A stretch of 64,000 nt of DNA from Bryobacteraceae bacterium (GCA_049518655.1 JBEKRO010000025.1:2164-66163); one strand, 5' to 3'. Shown: positions 26,383 through 35,959, counted from the stretch's first letter. Numbers and translations are program-made. Notes: a model not told the origin generated them from the sequence alone.

Positions 26383-29352
26383 TCAACGGCGGGGCGGAAG
26401 CTCGCGTCGCTTTTGCGATGCAGGCCTCGCAGCGGCTGCCGGAGGTGCCTGAGCCACCACCGGAATAGTCACAATGTTGCTGGTGAATACGTTTTGCGCA
26501 ATATACATCTGCGTCAAGGGATTGGTCGGCAGTGAGTTGCTGATTTGCAGCTGCACCGCATAGATTCCCGGCATCATCCCTACTGCTAGTCCCGCATTCA
26601 ATACGTTCGCGGTTGTCCCGCCCACTTGCGCGTTGTCGACGTTTGTTAGGGGCAGGTTCAGCGCCGGTCCCGGATAGGTCTGGCCAGTGATGCTGGCCAG
26701 CGTCAAGCCGTCGGACAGAGTGGTCGGTCCGATGCCCGTGGCATAGATGGTGATCACCTCGCCCGGAACAACTGGATTGTCAGGTGTCACGGGAGAGCCG
26801 GCGATGTTGGCGCAGCAGGTGGCTGAACTGTCCAAGGGAGAAAGCGTGATCGTGGCGTTAGTGCTGATATTACTGCTAATCTGGATGCCATTTCCTGCTG
26901 GCCCTCCCACCTTCGCGGTCAAGATGATGCGGGTGAACTCGCCGGCGGGCGTCGCAGTCACCTGCTCATTCGGGTTGGCGTTGACCATAGCGATCAGACC
27001 GTCGCGAACCGCTTGCAGTGTATCGGTGGACTGCACGGTGTAGTTGTAATTATTGCTCGCAATAATGAGGGTTGCGACGTCGCCGGCCGTAATGGACCCA
27101 TCGACATCCACCAATGCGATCGCGTTGCCACTCGTGTGGTATGCCATCGCCGGCCGCGGGTCGTTTCCGCCCCCTGCGAAAATACCGGGATTCTCCCCCA
27201 CCACCGGAATTCCAATGGCGTTGGTAGCTGTTACCGAACCATCGCTGTGGACGGTTCGTACCACCGCGCTGACGCCATTGGAGTTGTACACCTCATACGG
27301 AAGTTGCGTGTTGATCTGCGTGGGCGACACCGATAGAATCGGCGAGCGGATGCCGTCGAAGTAAACTTCCACGCCTTGGAAACTGGTGGGATAGCCGCCA
27401 TCCGGGCCCGGAGTAGCCACAACGCCGTTGGCGCTGACATCGGCCAGGTTGTTTCCAAAAATGCTCACCAGCGTACCCGGCGCTAATTCGGCTGCTGCGG
27501 CGCCACCCGTTAGGGCGGATCCCGCTGCGGTAGCCGTCTCGGTAGCCGTACCCGAACTGGAAGCAGCCGCAGTGGTGGCCGAATATCCAATATTGTTTCC
27601 GTTCAAACCAGGCTGGCGCGCAACCAGGTTCACTACGAAAAGACTTCCCTCCACAATGTCGGCGGTCGCGATTACGTTCGGATCCGGCGTACCGCTCTTG
27701 GTCCCATTGATCAGGTTTGCCAAAGCCTCTATGATGCTCGCCAGCGTGTCGTTGGTAAGCACCGTGTAGGCGTAGTTGGTGCCAGTGGAAGCGCCGGGAG
27801 ACGTGATCGTCATGGTAACGATGTCGCCCGCCGTGATGGTTCCGGTGATGCTCACCGTGCCGACCGCGTAGGTGCTTACGCTCGCCGCGTTGGTGATGCC
27901 GGTGATGGGAATGTTGGGCGTGCCCGGGGTGAAAACCAGCACCCGCAGGTCGAAAGGATCCGAAACATAAAGATTCGTGCCGTCGTATGCCAACGCTAAC
28001 GGGGTGCGAACCGTGTTAGGAGCCGACTCCAGAACATTCGCGTCGGGACGAAAGGTGTCCGTGCTGGTAGTCACCTGATCGGTGAATTCGTCCGGCTGCC
28101 CCAGATAGCTATCGGCCCTCTGTCCATTGCTCGTTGGAATGCTGTTGTAAACCAGGATGCGATCGTTTCCGCCATCCGCGATAAACAAGCGATGTCCGTC
28201 CGACAAGGCGTATCGTGGGAGTTCCATGGTGAACCCGCAACGCCCTGGATAAAGGGGCGTGCCGTCGCTGTCGGTGCTGGTGGCAGGGCAAAGGGTCGGG
28301 CAGCCGGCCGCGAACGTGGGGTTGCCGTCGGCGTCCGTGCTGGTCACAACGCACGAACCGATAATGCCGTTGTCCAGCTCGCTGGTCATATTCTGCTGGC
28401 CCACCACCACGTCCGCCGCCTGCCCGTTCTGCGTCGGAATGGAATTCCAAATCAAGACGCGATTGTGGCCCAGGTCGGCCACAAAAAGATGCGTCCCGTC
28501 CGAGGTTACTGAAACCGGCGAAAACAAGTTGCTGGCAGTGGGAGGAAGATCGCTCGTGGTTGCGGGCGGCGCCGTGGAGAAATTCGGCTCGCCCAAAACC
28601 AAGTCCGCCGGCTGATTGTTTGCCGTCGGGATGTGGTTCCATATCAACACGCGATGGTTCTGCGTGTCGGCCACGAAGAGTTGCGTTCCCTGAATCCAGA
28701 CGCCCTCGGGGCCTCGAAACGAAGAACTATTTAAAGGTGGGGGCTCCTGCACGCTCACGAAATCCTTTTGCCCCAGCTCAATGTCGGCCGGCTGATCGTT
28801 TGTGGTAGGAATTGTGTTCCAGATCAGAATCCGGTTGTTGTCCGTGTCCGATACCACCAAAATGTTCCCGTCGGTAGCCACCCCAGTTGGATTCCGGAAG
28901 CCGCTCTGCGTGGTGTAAGGGTCGGTAGTGGTAACGAAATCCGGCTGGCCCAGCTCGAGCATGTTCGTCCCGACGACGCTCGCAGTTCCTGCGCAGACCG
29001 GGCAGCGGCCTCCTTGGGGGACTTCGGCCGTGGGGTTGTACATAAACTGCGAGATATTGTTGTAGATCAGGACACGATTGTTGACCGGCAGCCCGGTCTC
29101 GATCAAGTGAATGGCATCCACGACAAACAACGTGTTGTTGGCGTAGGCCACCCCATCCACTGCGCCTAGCTGATACTGCGTAGCGGTGGGGGTGGTGGTG
29201 GTGGTGGTGACGATGGGGGGCGGGACGTACTCGTCCGTAAAGGTTGCCTGCCCGATAGTGATACGGGCCGCTTGTCCGGTGAGAAAGTTTACCGCCGGCT
29301 CCTGCGCGAAAGCCGCCCCCAGGGACAGAAATAGAATGCCAAGACGCTTCAT
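26383..29352 (-). CDS. NHL-repeat beta-propeller protein with Solibacter-type C-terminal region carrying internal insert modules
   Basis: Signal peptide from ATG 29352. Six or more repeats of the type VADTQNHRVLIWNHIPTANNQPADLVLGEPNF. Poly-Thr tract. C-terminal TIGR03437-like segments. Confidence 0.8.
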   Translation of the reverse strand: MKRLGILFLSLGAAFAQEPAVNFLTGQAARITIGQATFTDEYVPPPIVTTTTTTPTATQYQLGAVDGVAYANNTLFVVDAIHLIETGLPVNNRVLIYNNISQFMYNPTAEVPQGGRCPVCAGTASVVGTNMLELGQPDFVTTTDPYTTQSGFRNPTGVATDGNILVVSDTDNNRILIWNTIPTTNDQPADIELGQKDFVSVQEPPPLNSSSFRGPEGVWIQGTQLFVADTQNHRVLIWNHIPTANNQPADLVLGEPNFSTAPPATTSDLPPTASNLFSPVSVTSDGTHLFVADLGHNRVLIWNSIPTQNGQAADVVVGQQNMTSELDNGIIGSCVVTSTDADGNPTFAAGCPTLCPATSTDSDGTPLYPGRCGFTMELPRYALSDGHRLFIADGGNDRILVYNSIPTSNGQRADSYLGQPDEFTDQVTTSTDTFRPDANVLESAPNTVRTPLALAYDGTNLYVSDPFDLRVLVFTPGTPNIPITGITNAASVSTYAVGTVSITGTITAGDIVTMTITSPGASTGTNYAYTVLTNDTLASIIEALANLINGTKSGTPDPNVIATADIVEGSLFVVNLVARQPGLNGNNIGYSATTAAASSSGTATETATAAGSALTGGAAAAELAPGTLVSIFGNNLADVSANGVVATPGPDGGYPTSFQGVEVYFDGIRSPILSVSPTQINTQLPYEVYNSNGVSAVVRTVHSDGSVTATNAIGIPVVGENPGIFAGGGNDPRPAMAYHTSGNAIALVDVDGSITAGDVATLIIASNNYNYTVQSTDTLQAVRDGLIAMVNANPNEQVTATPAGEFTRIILTAKVGGPAGNGIQISSNISTNATITLSPLDSSATCCANIAGSPVTPDNPVVPGEVITIYATGIGPTTLSDGLTLASITGQTYPGPALNLPLTNVDNAQVGGTTANVLNAGLAVGMMPGIYAVQLQISNSLPTNPLTQMYIAQNVFTSNIVTIPVVAQAPPAAAARPASQKRRELPPRR

Positions 29353-29372
29353 GATTTTGGATTTAAGAAAGT

Positions 29373-29418
29373 ACCGCCCCAGTATAACAATCACGGACGA
29401 ATAGGGGCCCGGGGCGGT
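29373..29418 (-). promoter_or_regulatory. inverted repeat between the Hsp70-like and NHL genes
   Basis: ACCGCCCC (29373-29380) pairs with GGGGCGGT (29411-29418). On the minus strand it is followed by ACTTTCTT. The loop is long (30 nt), so this is a weak terminator candidate. Confidence 0.2.
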
Positions 29419-29439
29419 TTCAGTTATGTTCCTATGTGC

Positions 29440-31305
29440 TTACGATGCCTCACTGTGAACTTTTTCCCTCACGTTGAACTCCAGCTTCCACCGCCGCCCG
29501 TCGCGAGCCACGGACCACAACTGGAGCATCCCGGTTTCGGTGACGACTGTCTCTAACGTGACGGGAACGAATTCGCCAGCTTGACCGGCGGCGTCCCCTG
29601 CTTGGCCGGCGGCGCCCAGAGTTACCTCCATCGGCGAAAGCTCCTCGAGTTCCTCGCCGGCTTCGTCCAGCATCACACCCGCAGCGTCGTTCTTGCGGGT
29701 GGCCGATTGAAAGAAGCGGAACTCGGCAGGCTCGCCGACGATCAATCCAAATTCGCGGCCACGCAGGTCGAGAGAGCTGCCTTCCTCCATACCGAACGGC
29801 GCCACAGTGAGCGCCTTCACGGGCGCACGCATGCCGGGAACCGCGGGGAGCGAGCTTTCGATACCGACGTAGTAGGTGCGCGGCACTCCGCCCCGAATCC
29901 GTACGCCGCGACCCGTGCGAGCCAGTCCGTAATAAGCCGCGCCGCGAGCTACGGCGTGCATCAAATCTTCTCCCAGCAACGGCGCAGCCGGTTCGAGCCC
30001 CTCCTCGGAAAGCCAGCCGTTGAGCACATCTAAGATCCGCTGCCGCACCAGATCGGACCGCAACACTCCGCCGTTGAACAATACGTGGGTCGGCGCCGCC
30101 AGTCCGCTGGCTCCACGACGCACCGAGCCATGTTCGGATTGCGCCGCCTGCTGCCGCAAGAAACGCGCCAGATGACGAGTGATGGCCGCATCGGCCGCAT
30201 AGGGCAGACCGATCTCCGCAAGACCCATCCTGCGGCGCTGCGGCATATCGTGGCTGGATACAGCCGGGAGAAATCCCTGGTCCAGCAGGCGCTCCACGTC
30301 TTCGGCCGCCAGCTTGGTCTTGATCGTTCCGCCAATCAATCCTGTACCGCGCCCCAGGATGGTCACGGTCTCCTCGCGCTTTTTGTTGTCCTTGGCGAGC
30401 AGCCGCTCCTTGGCCAGCCGGCATTGCTGCCACAGAGCATGTAACTGCATTGCGTCGAGCTTGGTTCCCTTGGTGGCGAGTTGTTGTTCGATATGCCGGG
30501 CCAGCGCGAGATCGATATTGTCGCCTCCGAGCAAAATATGCTCGCCCACCGCCACGCGCTCGAGCGCCAGTTCACCCGCCTGTTCCGTTACCGCGATCAG
30601 CGTGAAGTCCGTGGTGCCGCCGCCGATGTCCACAACCAGAATCAAATCGCCGACGGCCACGCGCTCGCGCCAATCGGGATGGCGTTCGATCCAGGCGTAG
30701 AACGCGGCTTGCGGTTCCTCCAGCAACAGCAAATTCTGGTAGCCCGCCTCTTCAGCGGCCTTGAGCGTGAGCTCGCGCGCCACGGCATCAAACGAAGCGG
30801 GCACCGTCACCAGCACCTGCTGCTTCCGGAATGGCGCATCCCCCATCTTCGAATCCCACGCTTCCCGCAGATGCTCCAGATACCGGCGCGACGCCTCCAC
30901 GGGGGAAACTTTCGCCAGTCCTTCGGGCGCGTTCAGCGGCAGGATCGGGGCGGTACGATCCACACCGGCATGCGATAGCCAGGATTTCGCCGAAGCCACC
31001 AGCCGGCTTGCCACTTCGGCGCCGCGCTTCTGGGCCAGTGCGCCGGCAACGTAAGTCGGCGATTCATCCCAGGGCAGGGCAATCGACCCGGCGGGAAAAT
31101 CCGACGATCCCGGCAAGTATAAGAACGAAGGCAGCAATAGCTCGTCCCGCACTTCGCCCGGATTCACCAGCTGCGGGATTTGGAATAAGGCCACGGGCGG
31201 CTGCTCGCGGGGATCTCCGCCTAGGGGCGCATATGCGAGCGCGCAATTCGTGGTGCCCAGATCGATACCGATGACGTATTGGCTTGGCAAAGCAGGTTGT
31301 GACAA
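29440..31305 (-). CDS. atypical Hsp70-family protein (actin-like ATPase domain, non-canonical C-terminal domain)
   Basis: Motifs VIGIDLGTTNCALAYA, VVDIGGGTTDFTLI, LLGGDNIDLAL. The C-terminal 200 aa does not resemble the DnaK substrate-binding domain. TTG start. Confidence 0.8.
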   Translation of the reverse strand: MSQPALPSQYVIGIDLGTTNCALAYAPLGGDPREQPPVALFQIPQLVNPGEVRDELLLPSFLYLPGSSDFPAGSIALPWDESPTYVAGALAQKRGAEVASRLVASAKSWLSHAGVDRTAPILPLNAPEGLAKVSPVEASRRYLEHLREAWDSKMGDAPFRKQQVLVTVPASFDAVARELTLKAAEEAGYQNLLLLEEPQAAFYAWIERHPDWRERVAVGDLILVVDIGGGTTDFTLIAVTEQAGELALERVAVGEHILLGGDNIDLALARHIEQQLATKGTKLDAMQLHALWQQCRLAKERLLAKDNKKREETVTILGRGTGLIGGTIKTKLAAEDVERLLDQGFLPAVSSHDMPQRRRMGLAEIGLPYAADAAITRHLARFLRQQAAQSEHGSVRRGASGLAAPTHVLFNGGVLRSDLVRQRILDVLNGWLSEEGLEPAAPLLGEDLMHAVARGAAYYGLARTGRGVRIRGGVPRTYYVGIESSLPAVPGMRAPVKALTVAPFGMEEGSSLDLRGREFGLIVGEPAEFRFFQSATRKNDAAGVMLDEAGEELEELSPMEVTLGAAGQAGDAAGQAGEFVPVTLETVVTETGMLQLWSVARDGRRWKLEFNVREKVHSEAS

Positions 31306-31380
31306 AGCAGGTTATGTAAGACAGGTAAGAGCCACATTCAGGCTCTCGCAATTCAGTGTAGCGCGCGGGCGCACCGCAGC

Positions 31381-32487
31381 GTGGATGTTACAATTGCGTT
31401 TTTGGTGCCGACCGACACTTTCATTGAAGCCGCCGGCCGCTGGTTTTTGAAATCCGGAATCCAGGAAGCAAGCGGCGGCGTAGCTCGATATTACCGATCG
31501 GATCAGCGCCAGAACGCGCGCGTATCCACCGAAATCACCGGCTACGCGGTCAGCACCCTGCTGTTCCTTCATCAGCGCACCGGAGATTCCGCCTATCTGG
31601 ACGCAGGGCTCCGCGCGGCGCGGTTCCTGACCCGCAGTGCCTGGGACCAGCGTCTGGGAACTTTCCCGTTCGAGCTCTCGAATAGCGTGGCGGCGCCGGG
31701 CTTCGCGTATTTTTTTGATTGCGGCATCATCGTGCGCGGCCTCTTATCCGCGTTTCGCGTGACCGGCGACCCCGAATTCCGCGATACGGCCATCGCGGCT
31801 GGACGAGCGATGCTGGCCGATTTCCCGGGACGCGACGGCATCCATCCCGTTCTCGCGCTGCCAGACAAGCGGCCCCTCGCGTGGGAGCCGCGCTGGTCCG
31901 CGAGTCCGGGCTGCTATCAGCTGAAAGCCGCGATGTCCTGGTTCGAGCTGTTCGAAGTCACCGGGGAAAACGCGTTTCTGCGGGGTTATGAATCGGCGCT
32001 GCGGGACGCGCTTCGAAACGACAGCGAGTTTCTTCCCGGCGAATCGGACCAACACCGCGTCATGGACCGGCTGCACGCGTACTCCTATTTCTTGGAGGGT
32101 CTGTTACCGGTGCTCGATCGACCGGAGTGCGCCACGGCCTTTCGCCACGGGGTGGATCGCGCCGCTCAATATTTACGTAAGATCGCGCCCGTCTTCGGAC
32201 GGTCCGACGTTTATGCGCAAGTGCTCCGCGCCCGTTTGCTGGGCGAAGCGCGGGGAGCTCTGCCGCTCGATGAATCCGCGGCTGGGCATGAGGCGGAGCA
32301 GGCGGCCAGTTTCCAACTTGCGTCCAGCGATCCTGGCCTGGATGGCGGATTTCTGTTCGGCAGAAAACATGGGGAAGGAACGCCATTCGTCAATCCAGTG
32401 TCGACGGCGTTTTGCGTGCAAGCACTAGCGCTGTGGGTCGATCGTTTGTCAGGCCGGCCGCGGCCGAAGCCTCACTCTGTGATCTGA
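31381..32487 (+). CDS. alpha/alpha-toroid-like hypothetical protein (prenyltransferase/terpene-cyclase-like fold suspected)
   Basis: GTG start. Repeated helical hairpins with aromatic/Gly motifs (ITGYAVSTLLFL, YFFDCGIIVRGL). The family assignment is tentative. Confidence 0.45.
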   Translation: MDVTIAFLVPTDTFIEAAGRWFLKSGIQEASGGVARYYRSDQRQNARVSTEITGYAVSTLLFLHQRTGDSAYLDAGLRAARFLTRSAWDQRLGTFPFELSNSVAAPGFAYFFDCGIIVRGLLSAFRVTGDPEFRDTAIAAGRAMLADFPGRDGIHPVLALPDKRPLAWEPRWSASPGCYQLKAAMSWFELFEVTGENAFLRGYESALRDALRNDSEFLPGESDQHRVMDRLHAYSYFLEGLLPVLDRPECATAFRHGVDRAAQYLRKIAPVFGRSDVYAQVLRARLLGEARGALPLDESAAGHEAEQAASFQLASSDPGLDGGFLFGRKHGEGTPFVNPVSTAFCVQALALWVDRLSGRPRPKPHSVI

Positions 32488-33852
32488 TTAACCCAGCTTG
32501 ACTCCGAACGCCGTGTAATCCAGACTGCCGAAGAACTTGTTGCGGAACGCCTCGGGCAGCTCCGCCAGCGACGGCATGCTTTCCATCGCGGGCGACAACC
32601 GCTCCACCTCGATCACTCCGAAGCCGGCTTCCTCGAGATAAAAGCTGATGAGCACCGGGGGGATGGGATGCCGATGCGTCGGGTCGATGTAGAAATGCGT
32701 GGCGAAAATCGCCAGGCATTCCGGATTCGGGGTCTCGATCGCCAGCAGGCCGCCCGCGCGCAGCTTCGCGTGGGCTAACTGGATCATCTCGGGCAATCGT
32801 GCTTGCGGCAAATGTTCCGCCACTTGGCAGCAGATCACGCCGCCCAGCGATGCGTCCGGAAGGCTGGCCAGGTAATGGAACAGATCGGCCTTCTCGGCGT
32901 CCAGGCCATTGGCTTGGCAAAGCGCAATCGAATCGTCATTGGAATCGATCCCGCGCGCCTCAATGCCCGCTTCCCGAAAGACTTGCAGCATTTCGCCCCG
33001 TCCGCAGCCCAGGTCGAGTACTGGCGCGCGCTCACGAAAACGCGACGCATACATACGCTGGCGAGCGCGAATGTCCTCTTCCGACCCGCGGAACTTCTCC
33101 GCAAACTTGAGCCAATCCACGTGCGAAAAGTCGGACGGCGCGTTCTGGGAAACTTGCTCCGTGGCACGCGCGAGCGAAGCCCTCTGCCGCACCAACCGCA
33201 GTTCGGAATGAATGAGGCGCTCGTACTCGGCTCGCGCCCGCACCACCTCGTCCCAAAATCGCCGATGGGTCTCCTCGGACTGGCGCTCCAGCGCGCGCAC
33301 GAAATCGGAGTGCTGGGCTTTCACCTGCTCCCGATAGTTGGCGTCCATTAAAGTCACCCGATGCTGGAAGGCGGCCTGCAGCTCGGAAACGTTCCGCAGA
33401 AACTGAATTTCGGTGTGCGTGAGCTTCTGCTCCCAGCCAGTGTGCCATTCGGCCCAGTGATTGCGAATATCTTTCAATTCGCGCGCCTCTTCGCCCAAGC
33501 CCGCCAGCAGTGAAAGCGATTGTTTACATTCGCTGAGCGTCTCGATAGTGGCTTGCACGCAAGCCATCACACCCCGATTGAACTCCACCTGCTCGCGCAC
33601 GTGCCAATCGAGCGCTCGCGCCAGCATCCTCTTCGCGCTCTGAATGATGGAGTTCTTGAGACCTCCGGGCCGCGGGTTCACAGTGCCGATGCTGGCCACT
33701 TTCGCTTCGGCGGCATCGCGTGCGTGCAGCAGGGGAGTCAGATCGGGTAACGGAATGTTGCCCGGCGCCATGCCGTTGGGATTGCGCGCACGCACCCGCT
33801 GTTTGATTTCGGCGATCACCGCCGCTAGTTCTTCACCCCTTGGATCATCCAT
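32488..33852 (-). CDS. class I SAM-dependent methyltransferase with long N-terminal coiled-coil region
   Basis: Motif I VLDLGCGRGEML, then GGVICCQVAEHL. I prefer ATG at 33852 (8-nt overlap with queF) over the listed 33909. Confidence 0.75.
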   Translation of the reverse strand: MDDPRGEELAAVIAEIKQRVRARNPNGMAPGNIPLPDLTPLLHARDAAEAKVASIGTVNPRPGGLKNSIIQSAKRMLARALDWHVREQVEFNRGVMACVQATIETLSECKQSLSLLAGLGEEARELKDIRNHWAEWHTGWEQKLTHTEIQFLRNVSELQAAFQHRVTLMDANYREQVKAQHSDFVRALERQSEETHRRFWDEVVRARAEYERLIHSELRLVRQRASLARATEQVSQNAPSDFSHVDWLKFAEKFRGSEEDIRARQRMYASRFRERAPVLDLGCGRGEMLQVFREAGIEARGIDSNDDSIALCQANGLDAEKADLFHYLASLPDASLGGVICCQVAEHLPQARLPEMIQLAHAKLRAGGLLAIETPNPECLAIFATHFYIDPTHRHPIPPVLISFYLEEAGFGVIEVERLSPAMESMPSLAELPEAFRNKFFGSLDYTAFGVKLG

Positions 33853-34249
33853 GGTTACGGCTCGACTTTTTGTTCCAGCGCGCTGTGATCCTGGTGTAGA
33901 CACCGCCACGCGGCGTGAATTCGCCCGTGAGCGATGCTTCGATCGGACGACAAGCCTTCACGATGTCGCGCAAAAACCGGTTCACCACGTTCTCCTGGAA
34001 GATTCCCAGATTCCGATACGCAAGCATATACATCTTGAGAGATTTCAGCTCCAGGCACAACTTGTCCGGCACGTAGCGCAAGGTGAGCTCGCCGTGATCG
34101 GGCAAGCCCGTTTTCGGACAAACCGAAGTGAACTCCGGCAAGACGATTTCGATCTCATAGCCCGGATATTGGTTCGGCCAAGTTTCGATCTCGGGCAGCT
34201 GCGCGCGCACGCCGGCTGAGGCGTGTTCATCGGTGTATTGTCTTTTCAT
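33845..34249 (-). CDS. queF: NADPH-dependent 7-cyano-7-deazaguanine (preQ0) reductase
   Basis: Motifs EFTSVCPKTGLPDHG and LKSLKMYMLAYRN are the QueF type I signature. ATG at 34249 overlaps the upstream stop as ATGA. The listed longer ORF (to 34441) is an artefact. Confidence 0.85.
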   Translation of the reverse strand: MKRQYTDEHASAGVRAQLPEIETWPNQYPGYEIEIVLPEFTSVCPKTGLPDHGELTLRYVPDKLCLELKSLKMYMLAYRNLGIFQENVVNRFLRDIVKACRPIEASLTGEFTPRGGVYTRITARWNKKSSRNHG

Positions 34250-35490
34250 TTCGCCGGAATCAGGATTCGCGACAACAGGTCCAGAAAGAGCCCGACATCG
34301 GTGACCACGCCTACCATCTGCCCCGTGCCGCGATCGCTCACCTTGGTGGCCACGGCCGGATTGATGTCGATGCAGACGATTTTCACCCAACTCGGCAGCA
34401 TGTTCCCCACCGCGATAGAGTGCAGCATCGACCCCAGGCACAGCACCAGTCCGGCGCCCTTCAGATGTTCGGCGTAGGCGTCCTGCGCGCGATTCATGTC
34501 CGTGATGGTCTCGGGAAGCGGCCCATCGTCGCGCAGGCTGCCAGCCAGCACGAAGGGCACGTTATGCTTGACGCACTCGTACATGATGCCGCTGCGCAGC
34601 CGTCCGCTCTCCACTGCCCCGCGAATGCCGCCGCAATTGTAGATGGCATTGATGGCGCGCATGTGATTGCGATGTCCGTGTTCTTCCTGCCGGCCGTCGC
34701 TCTGGCGAATCCCGAGCGAAGTTCCCAGCAGCGCCGACTCGATGTCGTGTACGCCCAGCGCGTTCCCGCTCAACAGGGCGGTGATATACCCTTCGCGGAT
34801 CAAGCGCGACAACGGTGGGGCCCCGCCGGTATGGACCACGACCGGTCCGGCCACGGCGATGACGCCCTGTCCCGCGGCGCGCGCTTGTTCGATGAGCGCT
34901 GCTGTTTGCTTGACGGCCGTCTCCACTTGGCGCTCGGAAGAGATGCCGTTGCTCATGAACGCAAACGCCAACCGGTCGCGCTCCTTGGATTCGGGCACTA
35001 CGCGAATGCCACGCATGCCCGTGACCACCTGGTCGCCAGCTTTGATGTCGCGCAGCCGCCGGCACCACGCTTGGTTGTCCTTCAACACAATCAGCGCGTC
35101 CATGCGCTGGTTCTGCACTTCCACCCAATGGCCGGCGTGACGGACGTACGTCTTATGGTTGGTGGTGGAATAGAAATCTTCCGGCGCGCAGCGATCCCGC
35201 TGCACGGTGAAGAGCTCGGCGTCGCCTGAATCCACCATGGCGCAGCCCAGTCCGAGCAGTTGCGAGAGGATCTTCTCCATGGACTCGGCATCGTCGGCGT
35301 CTATCTTCAGCCGCAGAGTGGAGACATCGTCGTTGGTGCGGCCGAAGTTAAAATGCTCCACTTCGTATCGGCCGCCGAACTCGACCACAGTGTCGCAGAT
35401 CTGCTCCATGATGCGGGAGTCGACAAGGTGGCCTTGAGCCTCCACGCGCTCTTGCAGCGGGAGTGGCTTGCTGTGCGCTGTCATTTTCAA
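34246..35490 (-). CDS. LOR/SDH conserved-region protein (TIGR00300-like, archaeal-type ornithine cyclodeaminase-like)
   Basis: N-terminal GHLVDSRIMEQICDTVVEFGGRYEVEHFNFG. C-terminal VAGPVVVHTGG...LLSGNALGVHDIE...HGHRNHMRAIN...MYECVKHNVPFVLAGSLRDDGPLPE. The family was recognised from memory. Confidence 0.6.
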   Translation of the reverse strand: MKMTAHSKPLPLQERVEAQGHLVDSRIMEQICDTVVEFGGRYEVEHFNFGRTNDDVSTLRLKIDADDAESMEKILSQLLGLGCAMVDSGDAELFTVQRDRCAPEDFYSTTNHKTYVRHAGHWVEVQNQRMDALIVLKDNQAWCRRLRDIKAGDQVVTGMRGIRVVPESKERDRLAFAFMSNGISSERQVETAVKQTAALIEQARAAGQGVIAVAGPVVVHTGGAPPLSRLIREGYITALLSGNALGVHDIESALLGTSLGIRQSDGRQEEHGHRNHMRAINAIYNCGGIRGAVESGRLRSGIMYECVKHNVPFVLAGSLRDDGPLPETITDMNRAQDAYAEHLKGAGLVLCLGSMLHSIAVGNMLPSWVKIVCIDINPAVATKVSDRGTGQMVGVVTDVGLFLDLLSRILIPAK

Positions 35491-35530
35491 CTTACCTGCC
35501 GTTTGTCAGTTTCAAGTTATAGGATACCTG

Positions 35531-35959
35531 CTATTGCAGGGGAAACTCGACTTTGAGGCCGGGGAACCGCAGGAAGTCGCGGTCGTTGGTGCAAAGCGTG
35601 GCGCCGTGCTCGATGGCCAGGGCGGCGAGATGAGCGTCCATGACAAGGGAACCACGCGGGCGGCTCTTCGGGAGCAATCCTCTCAAGATTTGCCAATGCC
35701 TATGCTGAGGGCCGACAGTCACGACATTATCCCGGCCAAGCCACGCTTCTACCATTTCGACGGCTTCCTCAAACTCGAGAGGACGTGCAAAAAGCTTCGG
35801 GGTAGTCGCTAGGCGTAGAAAACCCAGAATCGTTTCCCACGAAAACGCAACTGTCTCGGCGCCAGAAAAAACGTCTCTTAACCAGAGAACTGCCCGCTCA
35901 TGTTCCTTGGCGCCGGTATTATGCGCGTAGAGGAGAAGGCTTACGTCAAGAAGGATCAC
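35531..35959 (-). CDS. vapC: PIN-domain toxin (VapC family)
   Basis: MILLDVSLLLYA N-terminus and DAHLAALAIEHGATLCTNDRDF. GTG start overlaps the antitoxin stop (GTGA). Confidence 0.8.
   Translation of the reverse strand: MILLDVSLLLYAHNTGAKEHERAVLWLRDVFSGAETVAFSWETILGFLRLATTPKLFARPLEFEEAVEMVEAWLGRDNVVTVGPQHRHWQILRGLLPKSRPRGSLVMDAHLAALAIEHGATLCTNDRDFLRFPGLKVEFPLQ

Noticed and set aside
29191-29208. (GGT)6 trinucleotide repeat as a phase-variation switch
   Set aside because: It is in frame and encodes a Thr6 linker in the NHL protein. Slippage would only change linker length.
29450-30433. 327-aa alternative-frame ORF inside the Hsp70-like gene
   Set aside because: It is Arg/Gly/Ala-rich and on the same strand but out of frame with a gene that has unambiguous Hsp70 motifs.
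33853-34441. Upstream extensions of the methyltransferase (to 33909) and of queF (to 34441) in the ORF track
   Set aside because: The extensions overlap the neighbouring genes extensively and are Arg/Gly-rich. Internal ATGs at 33852 and 34249 give family-typical N-termini and short coupling overlaps.
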